This document shows positions 13,949 to 24,570 of a stretch of 64,000 bases of DNA, in pieces. A model generated the notes under the pieces. It was given only the letters and a program-made list of their open reading frames with translations. It searched no databases and was not told where the DNA came from. A program made the translations under genes and the position numbers. Origin of the DNA: an uncultured Gammaproteobacteria bacterium (GTDB lineage: Bacteria > Pseudomonadota > Gammaproteobacteria > Magnimaribacterales > TMED112); assembly GCA_913044115.1 (NCBI GenBank), contig CAJWNO010000002.1, forward strand, positions 16,171-80,170, written 5' to 3'. Positions within the stretch are counted from its first letter, which is position 1; each line of letters opens with the position of its first letter.

Positions 13949-15100
13949 ATGAAGAACAAGCTCTGGGCACTTATTCTTTACCCCATATCACTTTTCATAT
14001 CTGCCGATTGGTTAGATGTGAATATGCCAGTTGGTGTAACGGATATCAGTAAAGAAGTATTTGGGTTGCATATGGCAATTTTCCTTGTCGTTGTGGCAAT
14101 TGGAGTCATTGTGTTCGGCTTTCTTTTTTGGTCAATGTGGAAGTACAGAAGATCAAACAATAAAACACCAGCAAAATTCACTGAAAACCATACTTTAGAG
14201 ATTTTATGGACCTTAATACCGACACTTATATTGGTTGCCATGGCAGTGCCAGCATCAATTACCCTAAAGAAAATCTATGATCACGAGGCTGAAGAGGGCG
14301 GTATAGATATTCAGGTAGTCGGTTGGCAATGGAAGTGGCAATACAAGTATTTGGACGAACAGGTTGGAAACAAGCCCCTTAGCTTTTTCTCAAACTTAAC
14401 AACACCACCTGATCAGTATGAATTCAATAGGGTTGAAAAAACTGAAAGCTATCTGCTGGAAGTTGATGAGCCTGTTGTTATCCCAGTTGATACACCAGTG
14501 CGTTTCTTAATAACTAGCAATGACGTAATCCATTCATGGTATATGAGTGATTTTGCTGTAAAACAGGATGCGATACCAGGATTTATCAATGTAGCAAAAA
14601 CGAAAGTTAATGTTCCTGGCATTTATAGAGGTAACTGTACTGAGTTGTGCGGAGAAAGACACGCATACATGCCGATTGTTGTAAAAGCAGTTACTCAAGA
14701 GGAGTACGAAATGTGGTTACAGGAAAAAAGAGATCTTGCAGAGCAAATTGCCTATCTGACTGAGAAAGAGTGGACCTCTGAGGAATTATTAGCAACTGGT
14801 GAAGAGATATATGAAACTAGATGCGCTGCCTGTCACCAAGCAAATGGTTCAGGAATTGCTGGATTTTATCCTGCTCTAGTCGGTAGTGATGTGGTTATGA
14901 ATGACAAAGCAAAACAAATTGAGATATTAATGGAAGGTATTAGAGGCAGCCAAATGCAATCCTTTGCTGAGCAACTAAATGAGGTTGAAATGGCATCTGT
15001 TATTACCTTCACTAGATTGTCATGGGGTAATGATAGATCAGGAGACGGAGAGGTTGTTATACCCAAAGACATTGTCGAATACAAAGAGGCAAATTTATAG
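13949..15100 (+). CDS. coxB: Cytochrome c oxidase subunit II with C-terminal cytochrome c domain
   Basis: CuA site HSWYM...CTELCGERHAYMP. C-terminal heme-c motif CAACHQ. Two N-terminal TM helices. Confidence 0.95.
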   Translation: MKNKLWALILYPISLFISADWLDVNMPVGVTDISKEVFGLHMAIFLVVVAIGVIVFGFLFWSMWKYRRSNNKTPAKFTENHTLEILWTLIPTLILVAMAVPASITLKKIYDHEAEEGGIDIQVVGWQWKWQYKYLDEQVGNKPLSFFSNLTTPPDQYEFNRVEKTESYLLEVDEPVVIPVDTPVRFLITSNDVIHSWYMSDFAVKQDAIPGFINVAKTKVNVPGIYRGNCTELCGERHAYMPIVVKAVTQEEYEMWLQEKRDLAEQIAYLTEKEWTSEELLATGEEIYETRCAACHQANGSGIAGFYPALVGSDVVMNDKAKQIEILMEGIRGSQMQSFAEQLNEVEMASVITFTRLSWGNDRSGDGEVVIPKDIVEYKEANL

Positions 15101-15109
15101 GAGTTATAT

Positions 15110-16693
15110 ATGAGCGCAGTAGTTGAAAACCACGACCATCACGATGATCACCACGGTCCAAAAAAAGGGATTATGAGATGGTTAACCACAACAAACCACA
15201 AAGATATTGGGACATTATATTTATGGTTTAGTTTTGCAGCATTCCTTTTGGGGGGTGCTTTTGCCATGGGCATAAGAGCTGAGCTTTTTGAGCCTGGACT
15301 ACAACTTATGGACCCAATAAGATACAACCAGCTTGTTACTATGCACGGCTTAATAATGATTTTTGGTGGAGTTATGCCTGCTTTTGTTGGTCTTGCTAAC
15401 TGGTTGATACCTCTACAGATAGGCGCTCCTGATATGGCAATGCCAAGGATGAACAATCTAAGCTTTTGGTTGTTGCCTACTGCTTTTGGAATACTGCTTT
15501 CTACAGCATTTATGGAAGGAGGCATGCCAGGATTTGGATGGACCTTCTATGCGCCACTTTCAACAAATTACCCTAACGTGGCCTACTTTGTCTTTGCAAT
15601 CCATATCATGGGTGCATCATCCATCATGGGATCCATAAATGTAGTTGTAACAATTATGAACATGAGAGCGCCAGGAATGACGTTAATGAAAATGCCTTTG
15701 TTTGTTTGGTCATGGTTAATAACAGCCTATCTATTAATTGCTGTTATGCCGGTTCTTGCAGGTGCAGTAACCATGTTGCTTATGGATGCTTATTTTGGAA
15801 CATCATTTTTTGATGCTGCTGGTGGTGGTGATCCTGTTTTATTCCAGCACGTATTTTGGTTCTTTGGCCACCCAGAAGTTTACATTATGATTCTCCCAGC
15901 TTTTGGAATCACTTCACACATAATTTCAACCTTCTCAAGAAAACCGCTATTCGGACACTCCTCAATGGTTTATGCGATGGTATCCATTGCTGTGCTTTCT
16001 TTTGTGGTTTGGGCTCACCATATGTTTACAGTTGGAATGCCATTAGTAGCTGAACTATTTTTCATGTGGGCTACAATGCTTATTGCTATCCCAACGGGTG
16101 TAAAAGTATTTAATTGGTGCGCAACAATATTTAAGGGCTCAATAACTTATGAAACACCAATGCTATTTGCGATTGCATTTGTTGTGTTATTCACAATTGG
16201 TGGTTTCTCAGGCCTAATGTTGGCAATAACACCAGCAGACTTTCAATACCATGATACATACTTTGTGGTAGCACACTTTCACTACGTCCTGGTCCCTGGA
16301 GCCGTATTTTCTATTATGGCCGCTGTGTACTATTGGTTGCCAAAATGGACAGGTAACATGTACGACGAAAAGATGGGTAAATTGCATTTTTGGCTGTCAT
16401 TTATTGGAGTAAACATAACGTTCTTTCCTCAACACTTTGTTGGTTTGGCTGGAATGCCAAGAAGGTATGCTGATTACGCACTTCAATTTGCGGAGTGGAA
16501 TGCTGTTTCTTCAGTAGGAGCTTTTTTGTTTGGCTTATCGCAGCTTTTATTTTTATACATTGTAGTTAAAACTGTTTTTGCTGGGAAAAAAGCAACTCCA
16601 CAAGTATGGGATGGTGCAGATGGTTTAGAGTGGACCGTAGACTCACCAGCTCCTTACCACACCTTTGATGTACCACCGAAAATAAATGGCTAA
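15110..16693 (+). CDS. coxA: Cytochrome c oxidase subunit I
   Basis: [10 protein letters not shown] and VAHFHYV motifs in a 12-TM-like protein. His-rich N-terminus as in Pseudomonas CoxA. Confidence 0.98.
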   Translation: MSAVVENHDHHDDHHGPKKGIMRWLTTTNHKDIGTLYLWFSFAAFLLGGAFAMGIRAELFEPGLQLMDPIRYNQLVTMHGLIMIFGGVMPAFVGLANWLIPLQIGAPDMAMPRMNNLSFWLLPTAFGILLSTAFMEGGMPGFGWTFYAPLSTNYPNVAYFVFAIHIMGASSIMGSINVVVTIMNMRAPGMTLMKMPLFVWSWLITAYLLIAVMPVLAGAVTMLLMDAYFGTSFFDAAGGGDPVLFQHVFWFFGHPEVYIMILPAFGITSHIISTFSRKPLFGHSSMVYAMVSIAVLSFVVWAHHMFTVGMPLVAELFFMWATMLIAIPTGVKVFNWCATIFKGSITYETPMLFAIAFVVLFTIGGFSGLMLAITPADFQYHDTYFVVAHFHYVLVPGAVFSIMAAVYYWLPKWTGNMYDEKMGKLHFWLSFIGVNITFFPQHFVGLAGMPRRYADYALQFAEWNAVSSVGAFLFGLSQLLFLYIVVKTVFAGKKATPQVWDGADGLEWTVDSPAPYHTFDVPPKING

Positions 16694-17240
16694 AGGACCT
16701 CTACATAATAAAATTTTTGTTTCACTTGTTGGTGCGGTAGCTTTTATGTTTCTTTTCTCATTTATGTTGGTGCCCTTATATAATGTTTTTTGCGAGGTAA
16801 CTGGTTTGAATGGAAAAATCTACGGACCAGCAGACTTTTTTAAGAAAAAAAATGAAACTTATGAAAGACAAGTAAATATAAGGTTTTTAAGCACTGTCAA
16901 TGGATCTGCTCCAGTTACATTTTATCCAACAGAAACAAACATAGAGGTGATGACTGATAAAGTTAGTAAAACCTCTTATGTTGCTACTAACAATACAAAC
17001 AAACGCCTAACACTTTCAATCGTGCCTTCAGTTTCACCAGGATTAGCAGCAGAAAACATTAAAAAGATACAATGCTTCTGTTTTACTGAACAAACATTAG
17101 AGCCATATGAGACACAAGAGTGGCCAATAAGATTTTACGTAGATTCTGAGCTAACAGACAATGTAAATAACGTTTATTTATCATATACTTTGTTTGAAAA
17201 AGAACGAGAGGAAGCAATAGTTGCAAGCCATGAACACTGA
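16686..17240 (+). CDS. ctaG: Cytochrome c oxidase assembly protein CtaG/Cox11
   Basis: Single N-terminal TM plus the CFCF copper motif ([11 protein letters not shown]). Confidence 0.9.
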   Translation: MAKGPLHNKIFVSLVGAVAFMFLFSFMLVPLYNVFCEVTGLNGKIYGPADFFKKKNETYERQVNIRFLSTVNGSAPVTFYPTETNIEVMTDKVSKTSYVATNNTNKRLTLSIVPSVSPGLAAENIKKIQCFCFTEQTLEPYETQEWPIRFYVDSELTDNVNNVYLSYTLFEKEREEAIVASHEH

Positions 17241-18156
17241 AACAACAGGACACCAAAAGTACTACGTGCCAGAAAGCAGCTCAATACCGATTGTTTTCGC
17301 AGTAGCCATGCTTTTTTTTGGTGTTGGAGCAGCTGACGCTGTAATGGGCAAAGGAACAACATTATTTTTTGTAGGAGTGGTTGCAGTAGTTAGCACAATG
17401 GCTTATTGGTTTTCAGTTGTAACAAGAGAATCACACGCTGGCTTAGATACACCACAACTTAACACTTCATACGTATATGGTATGGCTTGGTTTATTTTCT
17501 CAGAAGTAATGTTCTTTGCCGCATTTTTTGGAGCACTTTTTTACATAAGAACATTTTCAATACCTTGGCTGGGAGGCGAAGGTGCAACTGCAAAGGGTAT
17601 GGCCGGCGATCTTTTATGGCCAGATTTTGAGGCAACATGGCCTCCAATGATTACACCAGAGCAAAGTTTATTGGGTGACCAAGCTGTTACTAAAGGGCCC
17701 GGAGAGAGCATGTATTTGCACAGCATAAGAAACATAGCTACATGGCTTCCTCTATATAACACAATTGTTTTATTATCATCTAGCGCTACCGTTCATTTTG
17801 CTCACATGGCTTTGAAAGAAAATAATAGAAAAAGGTTTAATTTTTGGCTTGGAATAACTGTTTCGCTGGCTTTTATTTTTGTCATTTTGCAAGCCTTGGA
17901 ATATTACGAAGCATACAGCCACTTAGGCCTTACTTTAGACACAGGTGTTTATGGAACTACATTCTTTATGCTCACCGGATTTCATGGCATGCATGTTTTA
18001 ATTGGCGGTATATTTTTGGCCACTCAGCTCGTTAGATCGACAGGGTTTAATCATTTCACTGACAAAGAACATTTTGGCTTTGAAGCAGCTTCATGGTACT
18101 GGCATTTCGTTGATGTTGTCTGGGTCTGCTTGTTTCTTTTTGTATATATTCTCTAG
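17221..18156 (+). CDS. coxC: Cytochrome c oxidase subunit III
   Basis: GFHGMHVLIGGIFL and WYWHFVDVVW motifs. Confidence 0.92.
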   Translation: MQAMNTETTGHQKYYVPESSSIPIVFAVAMLFFGVGAADAVMGKGTTLFFVGVVAVVSTMAYWFSVVTRESHAGLDTPQLNTSYVYGMAWFIFSEVMFFAAFFGALFYIRTFSIPWLGGEGATAKGMAGDLLWPDFEATWPPMITPEQSLLGDQAVTKGPGESMYLHSIRNIATWLPLYNTIVLLSSSATVHFAHMALKENNRKRFNFWLGITVSLAFIFVILQALEYYEAYSHLGLTLDTGVYGTTFFMLTGFHGMHVLIGGIFLATQLVRSTGFNHFTDKEHFGFEAASWYWHFVDVVWVCLFLFVYIL

Positions 18157-18365
18157 TCCCAAGGGGCCTGATTACCTAACTGACCAGTAGAAATACCATA
18201 GATAATGAGAACTATTAAAATTGCGCCAAGGGTTACACGAAAACCTAGACCATATAAGATGCGTTTTTTTGTTGGGTTGCCACGATCTACGAACAGAAAA
18301 AATAAACTGGAAGCCAAGCTTATTAAAACCAATATAAGTAAAATAATAATGATAGTTTTTAACAC
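18153..18365 (-). CDS. Twin-transmembrane-helix small protein (DUF2909-like)
   Basis: 70 aa with two hydrophobic helices separated by DRGNPTKKR. It lies between coxC and SURF1, where such a protein occurs in gammaproteobacterial cox clusters (from memory). Confidence 0.5.
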   Translation of the reverse strand: MLKTIIIILLILVLISLASSLFFLFVDRGNPTKKRILYGLGFRVTLGAILIVLIIYGISTGQLGNQAPWD

Positions 18366-18380
18366 GGAGATATTAAAACA

Positions 18381-19070
18381 TTGAATAGCTTTAAATCAAA
18401 GATATTAATTTTTGCAATTATTTTTGTTCCTATAACAATCAGCCTTGGTTTATGGCAAATACAAAGAGCAGATGAAAAAAGAGAAATAATAGCTAACTAT
18501 GATGAGCTTCTTACTTCTTCACCGGTTAATATCGAAATTAAAACAAATTACCAGAACTGGCAACCAGTTGAAACTATTGGGACATATAAAGATCTAGTTG
18601 TATTTGAGGACAATGCGATCCTCAACGGTAAGGCAGGTTTCAAAATTTATCATCTTTTTCAAAACGGCGATGGCTCTATGATATTTGTACATAGAGGCTT
18701 CATTGAAAGAAACCTTATAAAAAATAATTTGCCAAATGTTGATATCCCAAAAGGAAAAAAAATGCTTGGAGGTAGTGTTCTTATTAAAAACAACAATACA
18801 TTCGTTAAAGATGTTGAGGAGTCTGATTTTAGAATTATTCAGGAATTTAATACTGATTCGTTAATAAAAAAATTCCCTCTATTGAAAGACAACTATTTGC
18901 ACCCATTTTTACTAAACCTAGACACGAGGAATGAAAATAAATTTTTATCAATTGAAAAGCCAGTTAATATGACTGCAAGTAAACACATAGGTTACGCGAT
19001 ACAGTGGTTTGGTTTATGTGCAGCCTTGATTATATTGACGATTTACGCATATAGGAGAAAGGATGGATAG
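18381..19070 (+). CDS. SURF1-family cytochrome oxidase biogenesis protein
   Basis: N-terminal TM followed by LGLWQIQRADEK, plus a C-terminal TM. TTG start. Sits in the cox cluster. Confidence 0.85.
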   Translation: MNSFKSKILIFAIIFVPITISLGLWQIQRADEKREIIANYDELLTSSPVNIEIKTNYQNWQPVETIGTYKDLVVFEDNAILNGKAGFKIYHLFQNGDGSMIFVHRGFIERNLIKNNLPNVDIPKGKKMLGGSVLIKNNNTFVKDVEESDFRIIQEFNTDSLIKKFPLLKDNYLHPFLLNLDTRNENKFLSIEKPVNMTASKHIGYAIQWFGLCAALIILTIYAYRRKDG

Positions 19071-19617
19071 ACAATACAGATTAGCACTATTAATTTTGCT
19101 TATACCTCTCATTACACTAACAGCCTCAACCTTGACGTATTTTCTTGGATATAAGCCAACGATAAACACTATGGGCACTCCTATTGAGCCAAAGATCGAA
19201 ACAAAAAATATTGTCCTTACCTCTGAAGATGGTAGCAAGTTTGAATTTGTTCCTGGCAAGTTTTATTTCGTTTATTTTGATAATTTTGAAGATGTAGAGC
19301 TGAGTGCAAAAAAATACGAAATAGCTCGAAGCTCTAAACTTACTCTTAGAAGAGAAGGACATAGATTGTTAAGAATTGTGGTTTATAAAAATAAAGAAAT
19401 GTTTAAAAAAGCAAAAAGTCTTAGATCAGAATATCCTGGCGTAGTTTTTTTGTACGATGAGGGCGATTTATTTAACAAAAATATTTCGGACAGACTTGAA
19501 GATCCATATTCTTCAAACTCATTATTTATAGTTGACTCTTTCGCGCTTGTTATTTGGGAGTTTCAGGATGATTTAACATTCAATGATATTTTTGAGGAGG
19601 TTAAGGAAATATTATGA
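19063..19617 (+). CDS. Membrane-anchored hypothetical protein, possible cysteine-less SCO1/thioredoxin-fold paralogue
   Basis: N-terminal TM. GKFYFVYFDNFEDVEL aligns by eye to LSFLYFGYSSCPTECP of the SCO1 gene in this window. SLFIVDSFALVIWEF aligns to HLIVVNSDAEVIGIF. No Cys is present. Overlaps both neighbouring genes. Confidence 0.55.
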   Translation: MDRQYRLALLILLIPLITLTASTLTYFLGYKPTINTMGTPIEPKIETKNIVLTSEDGSKFEFVPGKFYFVYFDNFEDVELSAKKYEIARSSKLTLRREGHRLLRIVVYKNKEMFKKAKSLRSEYPGVVFLYDEGDLFNKNISDRLEDPYSSNSLFIVDSFALVIWEFQDDLTFNDIFEEVKEIL

Positions 19618-20597
19618 ATCTTTTAACAACAAAAGCCTTCTCAGCTATAGGTATAGCTTTTTGTTTTGTGGTCATTGGTCTTGGTGCTTGGACGAGGCTG
19701 GCAGATGCTGGTCTGGGTTGTCCCGATTGGCCTGGTTGTTATGGCTTTGTAACTTTCCCTACCACCCCTGATGAGATAGCCATTGCAGAAAATCTGTTTC
19801 CAGACTCGCCAGTTGAAATAGACAAGATTATCCCTGAAGTTGTACATAGGTATTTTGCAGCTTCTTTAGGTCTTTTAGCGATAGCTTTGCTTTTCATCTC
19901 ATTCAGAGAAAACAAACTAAAACTAGAATCAGCTGCACTGCTTTTAATAATTATAGGACAAGGAATTTTTGGGTATTTGACAGTAAGCCTGAAACTGCAC
20001 CCATTAATAGTTACTTCGCACCTATTTGGAGCAATGATTACAACGTCATTATTTCTTGTAATCTTTATGAAGTCCTTAAAAATCTCAAAGACTTATGACA
20101 TTTTAGTGCGCAACAAACCATTAATAATAATTGGTTTTATATTAATAATTTTACAAATCTTTTTGGGTGCCTGGACATCAACCAATTATGCAGCAAGAGC
20201 CTGTTTAGATCTTCCTTACTGCCAAGGCCAACTAATACCAGAAACTGACTTCAAAGAAGGATTTAATTTATTTCAATCTATAGGCCCCAACTATCTTTAT
20301 GGCCAAATGAGCTATGAGGCCAGAGTAGCCATCCATCTTACACACAGAATTGGGGCAATAGTTGTTTTCTTTTATTCATTATTTTTGGCGGCGAAGCTTT
20401 GGTCGGAGCAAACCAAACCAATCATTGTTGGATTTTTAGCAGTTTTATTTATACAAGTCTTTTTAGGAGTGAATAATGTACTAAGCTCCCTTCCTTTATG
20501 GAACGCAGTTGCGCACAATATAGTGGGGGTGATGTTGTTTTTATCTTTCGTGATAATGACTTTTTTAGGCTTTAGGAGAACCAATGGGAATGTCTAG
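19614..20597 (+). CDS. ctaA: Heme A synthase (COX15/CtaA)
   Basis: Eight-TM-like protein with conserved His sites (VVHRYFA, LTHRIGA) and paired cysteines (GCPDWPGC). Confidence 0.85.
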   Translation: MNLLTTKAFSAIGIAFCFVVIGLGAWTRLADAGLGCPDWPGCYGFVTFPTTPDEIAIAENLFPDSPVEIDKIIPEVVHRYFAASLGLLAIALLFISFRENKLKLESAALLLIIIGQGIFGYLTVSLKLHPLIVTSHLFGAMITTSLFLVIFMKSLKISKTYDILVRNKPLIIIGFILIILQIFLGAWTSTNYAARACLDLPYCQGQLIPETDFKEGFNLFQSIGPNYLYGQMSYEARVAIHLTHRIGAIVVFFYSLFLAAKLWSEQTKPIIVGFLAVLFIQVFLGVNNVLSSLPLWNAVAHNIVGVMLFLSFVIMTFLGFRRTNGNV

Positions 20598-21450
20598 CTT
20601 TATTGAGCTTTGCAAGCCAAAAATAGTCCTGTTATTAACAGTAACAGCACTTGTTGGGATGTTGCTAACAGTTGAATTTTATTCAAATGTATTTGATAGC
20701 ATGGCAAGCTTATTAGGTTTTGCTCTTCTTGCTGCATCATCTGCTGCTTTAAATCAAATTTTTGACAGAGAGTCTGATAAGAACATGGCTAGGACAAAAG
20801 GAAGGCCGCTAGCATCTGGTGAAATATCTTTGTTTCAGGCACTTACTTTTACAGCCATATTGTTGTTTGTTGGTTCTAGTTTATTGTTATATTTTTCTAA
20901 TTTGATGACTTTAATGATCACTACTTTTGGCTTTATTTTTTATAGTTTGGTTTATACCATTTATCTAAAATGGGCCACCCCTCAGAATATTGTAATTGGT
21001 GGCCTATCAGGCGCCTTGCCACCATTGATAGGATGGACAGCTGTTACTAATGAAATTTCTTTACTGCCACTAATTCTAGTTTTAGTCATTTTTCTTTGGA
21101 CCCCACCTCACTTTTGGCCGCTAGCTATAGATAGGCTAGAAGAGTATAAAAAAGAAGGGGTACCAATGATGCCAATAGCAAAAGGGGTTACTAGGACAAA
21201 AAAAGAAATGGTTGTTTATGCTGTATTGCTTTTAGGTGCCTCTTTGGCACCATTCTTTTATGGTCTAACAGGGCTATTTTATCTAATTTCAACAACAGCT
21301 CTTAATTTATATTTTATTTATCTTTGTATCGCTTACTTAGGAGACAAAGAGAACACTCTATCAATGAAGATTTTTAATTTCTCAGTCCAATATATGCTTT
21401 TATTTTTCCTAGCCACATATATAGACTTCCTAATAAAACTTTATGTCTAA
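20584..21450 (+). CDS. ctaB: Protoheme IX farnesyltransferase (heme O synthase)
   Basis: UbiA-family motif NQIFDRESDKNMARTKGRPLASG. Adjacent to ctaA. Confidence 0.93.
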   Translation: MGMSSFIELCKPKIVLLLTVTALVGMLLTVEFYSNVFDSMASLLGFALLAASSAALNQIFDRESDKNMARTKGRPLASGEISLFQALTFTAILLFVGSSLLLYFSNLMTLMITTFGFIFYSLVYTIYLKWATPQNIVIGGLSGALPPLIGWTAVTNEISLLPLILVLVIFLWTPPHFWPLAIDRLEEYKKEGVPMMPIAKGVTRTKKEMVVYAVLLLGASLAPFFYGLTGLFYLISTTALNLYFIYLCIAYLGDKENTLSMKIFNFSVQYMLLFFLATYIDFLIKLYV

Positions 21451-22066
21451 AAACTTACTTACCTTCATTCTTTTTAGTGTTGTTTTATTCTTATCTGTTT
21501 ATTCTGTTTGGAGAATTAGTCAGCCTAGAATCTTGTCCCCAGATGAAATGAAAGTTAATGGCTTTTATCAATATGGTTCTTTTGAAGAACTTAGAGATTT
21601 TCAGCTTATCAACCACAATAATGAAGCCTTTTCAAAAGAGGATCTAAAGGCTAATAGTTTAAGTTTCTTATATTTTGGTTACTCTAGCTGCCCAACAGAG
21701 TGTCCAGTTATGATGTCTGTGATGAGACAGGTTTATGACAAAATGGAGACAGATGAAATTGCTTACTATCTTATAAGCTTTGACCCAGAAATAGACACTA
21801 TTGATAGGTTGAAAAGTTATGTTACTGCATTCAATCCAGAATTTATGGGAGTTTCTGGAGAAATCTCAGAAGTTGTTAAATTAGGCTATCAATTGGGTGT
21901 TGAAAAATTGGCACCTATGGAAAACCATATGAACCAAAGAATAATTTCTCACACCAATCATTTAATTGTTGTTAACTCAGATGCTGAAGTAATAGGAATA
22001 TTTAAGGCTCCATTTGAAAGCTCATCTATGACCTTAGTTATTAAATCTCTATTGTCATCACAATAG
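21443..22066 (+). CDS. SCO1/SenC copper chaperone
   Basis: N-terminal TM, CPTECP (CxxxC) motif and a downstream His (SHTNH). Last gene of the cox cluster. Confidence 0.85.
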   Translation: MSKNLLTFILFSVVLFLSVYSVWRISQPRILSPDEMKVNGFYQYGSFEELRDFQLINHNNEAFSKEDLKANSLSFLYFGYSSCPTECPVMMSVMRQVYDKMETDEIAYYLISFDPEIDTIDRLKSYVTAFNPEFMGVSGEISEVVKLGYQLGVEKLAPMENHMNQRIISHTNHLIVVNSDAEVIGIFKAPFESSSMTLVIKSLLSSQ

Positions 22067-22078
22067 AAGTTGACGTTT

Positions 22079-23080
22079 TTACTTATTTACTAGAACCACT
22101 TTGCCGACAACACCTCTGCTCCCTATAAGCTTTATTGCGTCGATTGCATGCTCCATTGGAATTTCTTTGGAAATAAGTGGTTTTATTTGGCCTGTCTGAA
22201 GCATGTTGTTTATATCCGCTATATTTTTTTGATTTTCTTCAGACTCTCTTCCTGTATATGCTCCCCAGAACACACCTACTATTGAAGCACCTTTAAGGAG
22301 AGTTAGGTTTATAGGTAGTTTTGGTATTTCTCCTGCTGCAAAGCCAACTACCAAATACTTGCCTTTCCAACCTATTGATCTAAATGCTGGCTCAGCATAA
22401 CAGTCACCTATTGGGTCATATATAATATCAAATCCACCTTTAGTGCTTTTAGATTTTAGTTCTGCGGAAAATGCTTTTGATGCATCTTTATCTTTTGGTC
22501 CCTCGCCATAAATTATTACTTCATCTGCTCCATATTCTCTGCAGATTTCAGCCTTTTCCTCTGTTGAGACCCCAGCAACTACTCTTGCTCCCTTTGCTTT
22601 TGCAATATCAACAGCTGCCAAACCAACTCCTCCTGATGCGCCTAGCACTAAAATCTCGTCATCTGTTTTTAGTTCGCCTCTTTGCATCAAAGCATGGTAG
22701 CTTGTCCCGTAAGCCATTTGGTAAGAAGCAGCCAGTTCAAATGAAACATCATCAGAAATTGAAAATACTTGGAATTCATTCAAACATGCTTCCTCAGCAA
22801 ATGCCCCATAAGGTGCCATAAAATAAACCCTATCTCCTTCTTTAAATCTTGTAACATTTTTACCAACTTTCTTAATAATTCCAGCACCTTCATTGCCAGG
22901 AGCAAATGGAAGTTCTGGTTTAAACTGATAAAGACCTTGAACTATAAGAAAATCTGGAAAATTAAGTGCAGCAGCTTTTATGCTAACTAATACTTCATTA
23001 TCTTCTGGCTCTTTTGAATCTATGTCTTCCCACACAAGGTTATCAATGGGCCCATATTCTTTGCAATGTAATATTTTCAT
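22079..23080 (-). CDS. qor: NADPH:quinone oxidoreductase / zinc-type alcohol dehydrogenase family
   Basis: MDR fold with LVLGASGGVGLAAVDIAKAKGARV nucleotide-binding motif. 333 aa. Confidence 0.8.
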   Translation of the reverse strand: MKILHCKEYGPIDNLVWEDIDSKEPEDNEVLVSIKAAALNFPDFLIVQGLYQFKPELPFAPGNEGAGIIKKVGKNVTRFKEGDRVYFMAPYGAFAEEACLNEFQVFSISDDVSFELAASYQMAYGTSYHALMQRGELKTDDEILVLGASGGVGLAAVDIAKAKGARVVAGVSTEEKAEICREYGADEVIIYGEGPKDKDASKAFSAELKSKSTKGGFDIIYDPIGDCYAEPAFRSIGWKGKYLVVGFAAGEIPKLPINLTLLKGASIVGVFWGAYTGRESEENQKNIADINNMLQTGQIKPLISKEIPMEHAIDAIKLIGSRGVVGKVVLVNK

Positions 23081-24570
23081 TTAATTTCTCCCCTGAAAGC
23101 ATCTAAGTATTCTTCAAATGATATCTCATCTTCATTTATTTCTCTCTTATATTCCTTTTCCGATAATTCTTTTTCTTTTATAAATATTGATAAATTTGAC
23201 GCATCAACCTTTTTATTGCTTTGCTGAGATTTCTCTAGAATTAGTGGAAGAACCCCACCAGCTTTGCTTGCATCAGCTATAAATCTTGAAGATAGCGGGT
23301 CTTTATTTCTGCTTTCGAACTCAGCAAACATTTTTTCTTTTCCATTTGAGCTGTTAATTTGATCAGCAAAATCTTTAAGGTTGTTTAAAAATATTTCAGA
23401 TTGGGCCTGAGCTGAGATCTCACCTTCTTCTCCATCTAGGCTCATAATGAAGTTACAATTTTGTCCAGATTCTGATGCTCTTCTAATATTTTCTTTTATA
23501 TATACACTTTCAGTATTGTTTATTTCAGGTGAGTCAGACAGAGCACAATACATTGAAACAAGCTCAAGAAACTCTATATCTTCGATGCTTATTCCGATAT
23601 CTGAATAAGGATTTAAATCAATTGATCTAATTTCTAAATACTCAATTCCACCTTTTTTAAGCTGATTATAGGCACGAATATCTTTTGAAATTATTCCCTT
23701 GGGCCTTATGTGATTATAGAGCTCACTTTCCATCTGAATGGTCCCATTGTTTACTTGCTGCTTTAGATCTAAAGAAATATCCTTGAATTTTTCATTTGGT
23801 TGATTGATATAGCTCTTAATAGTATCGAGGTAGTCATCGAGTGTATTAAAGGTGATAAATTTTTCATCTTGTTCCTCAGAATAATATCCAAGGCGGCTTA
23901 CACGCAGTGATGTTGACTTTGGCAAATAACAATCTTCCTCATTTAGGGCTTCAATATTAATATTTCTGCCTTTTAAAAAAGATTTATGAGCAATTGGCGA
24001 GCAACCCATTAACCTCAGAACTATTGGAAATAGTCTCAAGAAATTTCTACAAGTTCCTAAATAAAGATTTGTTTTTGTGCAGTCCAATTCGGCTAGCACT
24101 GACTCCGAGAATGAAAAATTAAAATGTATGCCTGCGGTACTTTGCATTTTATCCCCATATCTATTTCTTAGGCCAAGTCTATAAAGATGTGCAAGTTTAG
24201 TTTTGTTGGTTTCTCTGTGAGGAGGAAGTTTAATATATTTGCTTTTAAATTTTGGCGGCATTGAATAGTTCCACAACACATCTCCATCTAAATTTTCTTC
24301 TACATGAGCATGAAGATCGTGTAGAAAATTAAGGGCATCAAGGTTGCTTGAAAAAGGAGGTGTAACAATCTCTAAATGCGGCTCAGAGTAGTCTAAAGTA
24401 ATATATCTATTATAATTGTGCACTCCAAATTCATCAGGAAATGTTTTATTTGATATTTTTCCTTCTTTGTCTGATCTGAGATTTTCTTTTTCTAAGCCTT
24501 TATAAGTCACCTTATCAGACTTAAGAAATTTTTTAATTTTTGATTGGTTGGGTGCAACCATATTAATCAT
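23077..24570 (-). CDS. gshA: Glutamate--cysteine ligase
   Basis: 497 aa. Proteobacterial GshA-like segments (SEPHLEIVTPP, TAGIHFNFS, RLGY). Confidence 0.8.
   Translation of the reverse strand: MINMVAPNQSKIKKFLKSDKVTYKGLEKENLRSDKEGKISNKTFPDEFGVHNYNRYITLDYSEPHLEIVTPPFSSNLDALNFLHDLHAHVEENLDGDVLWNYSMPPKFKSKYIKLPPHRETNKTKLAHLYRLGLRNRYGDKMQSTAGIHFNFSFSESVLAELDCTKTNLYLGTCRNFLRLFPIVLRLMGCSPIAHKSFLKGRNINIEALNEEDCYLPKSTSLRVSRLGYYSEEQDEKFITFNTLDDYLDTIKSYINQPNEKFKDISLDLKQQVNNGTIQMESELYNHIRPKGIISKDIRAYNQLKKGGIEYLEIRSIDLNPYSDIGISIEDIEFLELVSMYCALSDSPEINNTESVYIKENIRRASESGQNCNFIMSLDGEEGEISAQAQSEIFLNNLKDFADQINSSNGKEKMFAEFESRNKDPLSSRFIADASKAGGVLPLILEKSQQSNKKVDASNLSIFIKEKELSEKEYKREINEDEISFEEYLDAFRGEIK

Noticed and set aside
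22471-22821. 116-aa plus-strand ORF rich in Leu, Gln and Pro, antisense to qor
   Set aside because: Its repetitive composition is what the antisense of a Gly/Ala-rich Rossmann region would produce. The qor frame is clearly the real one.
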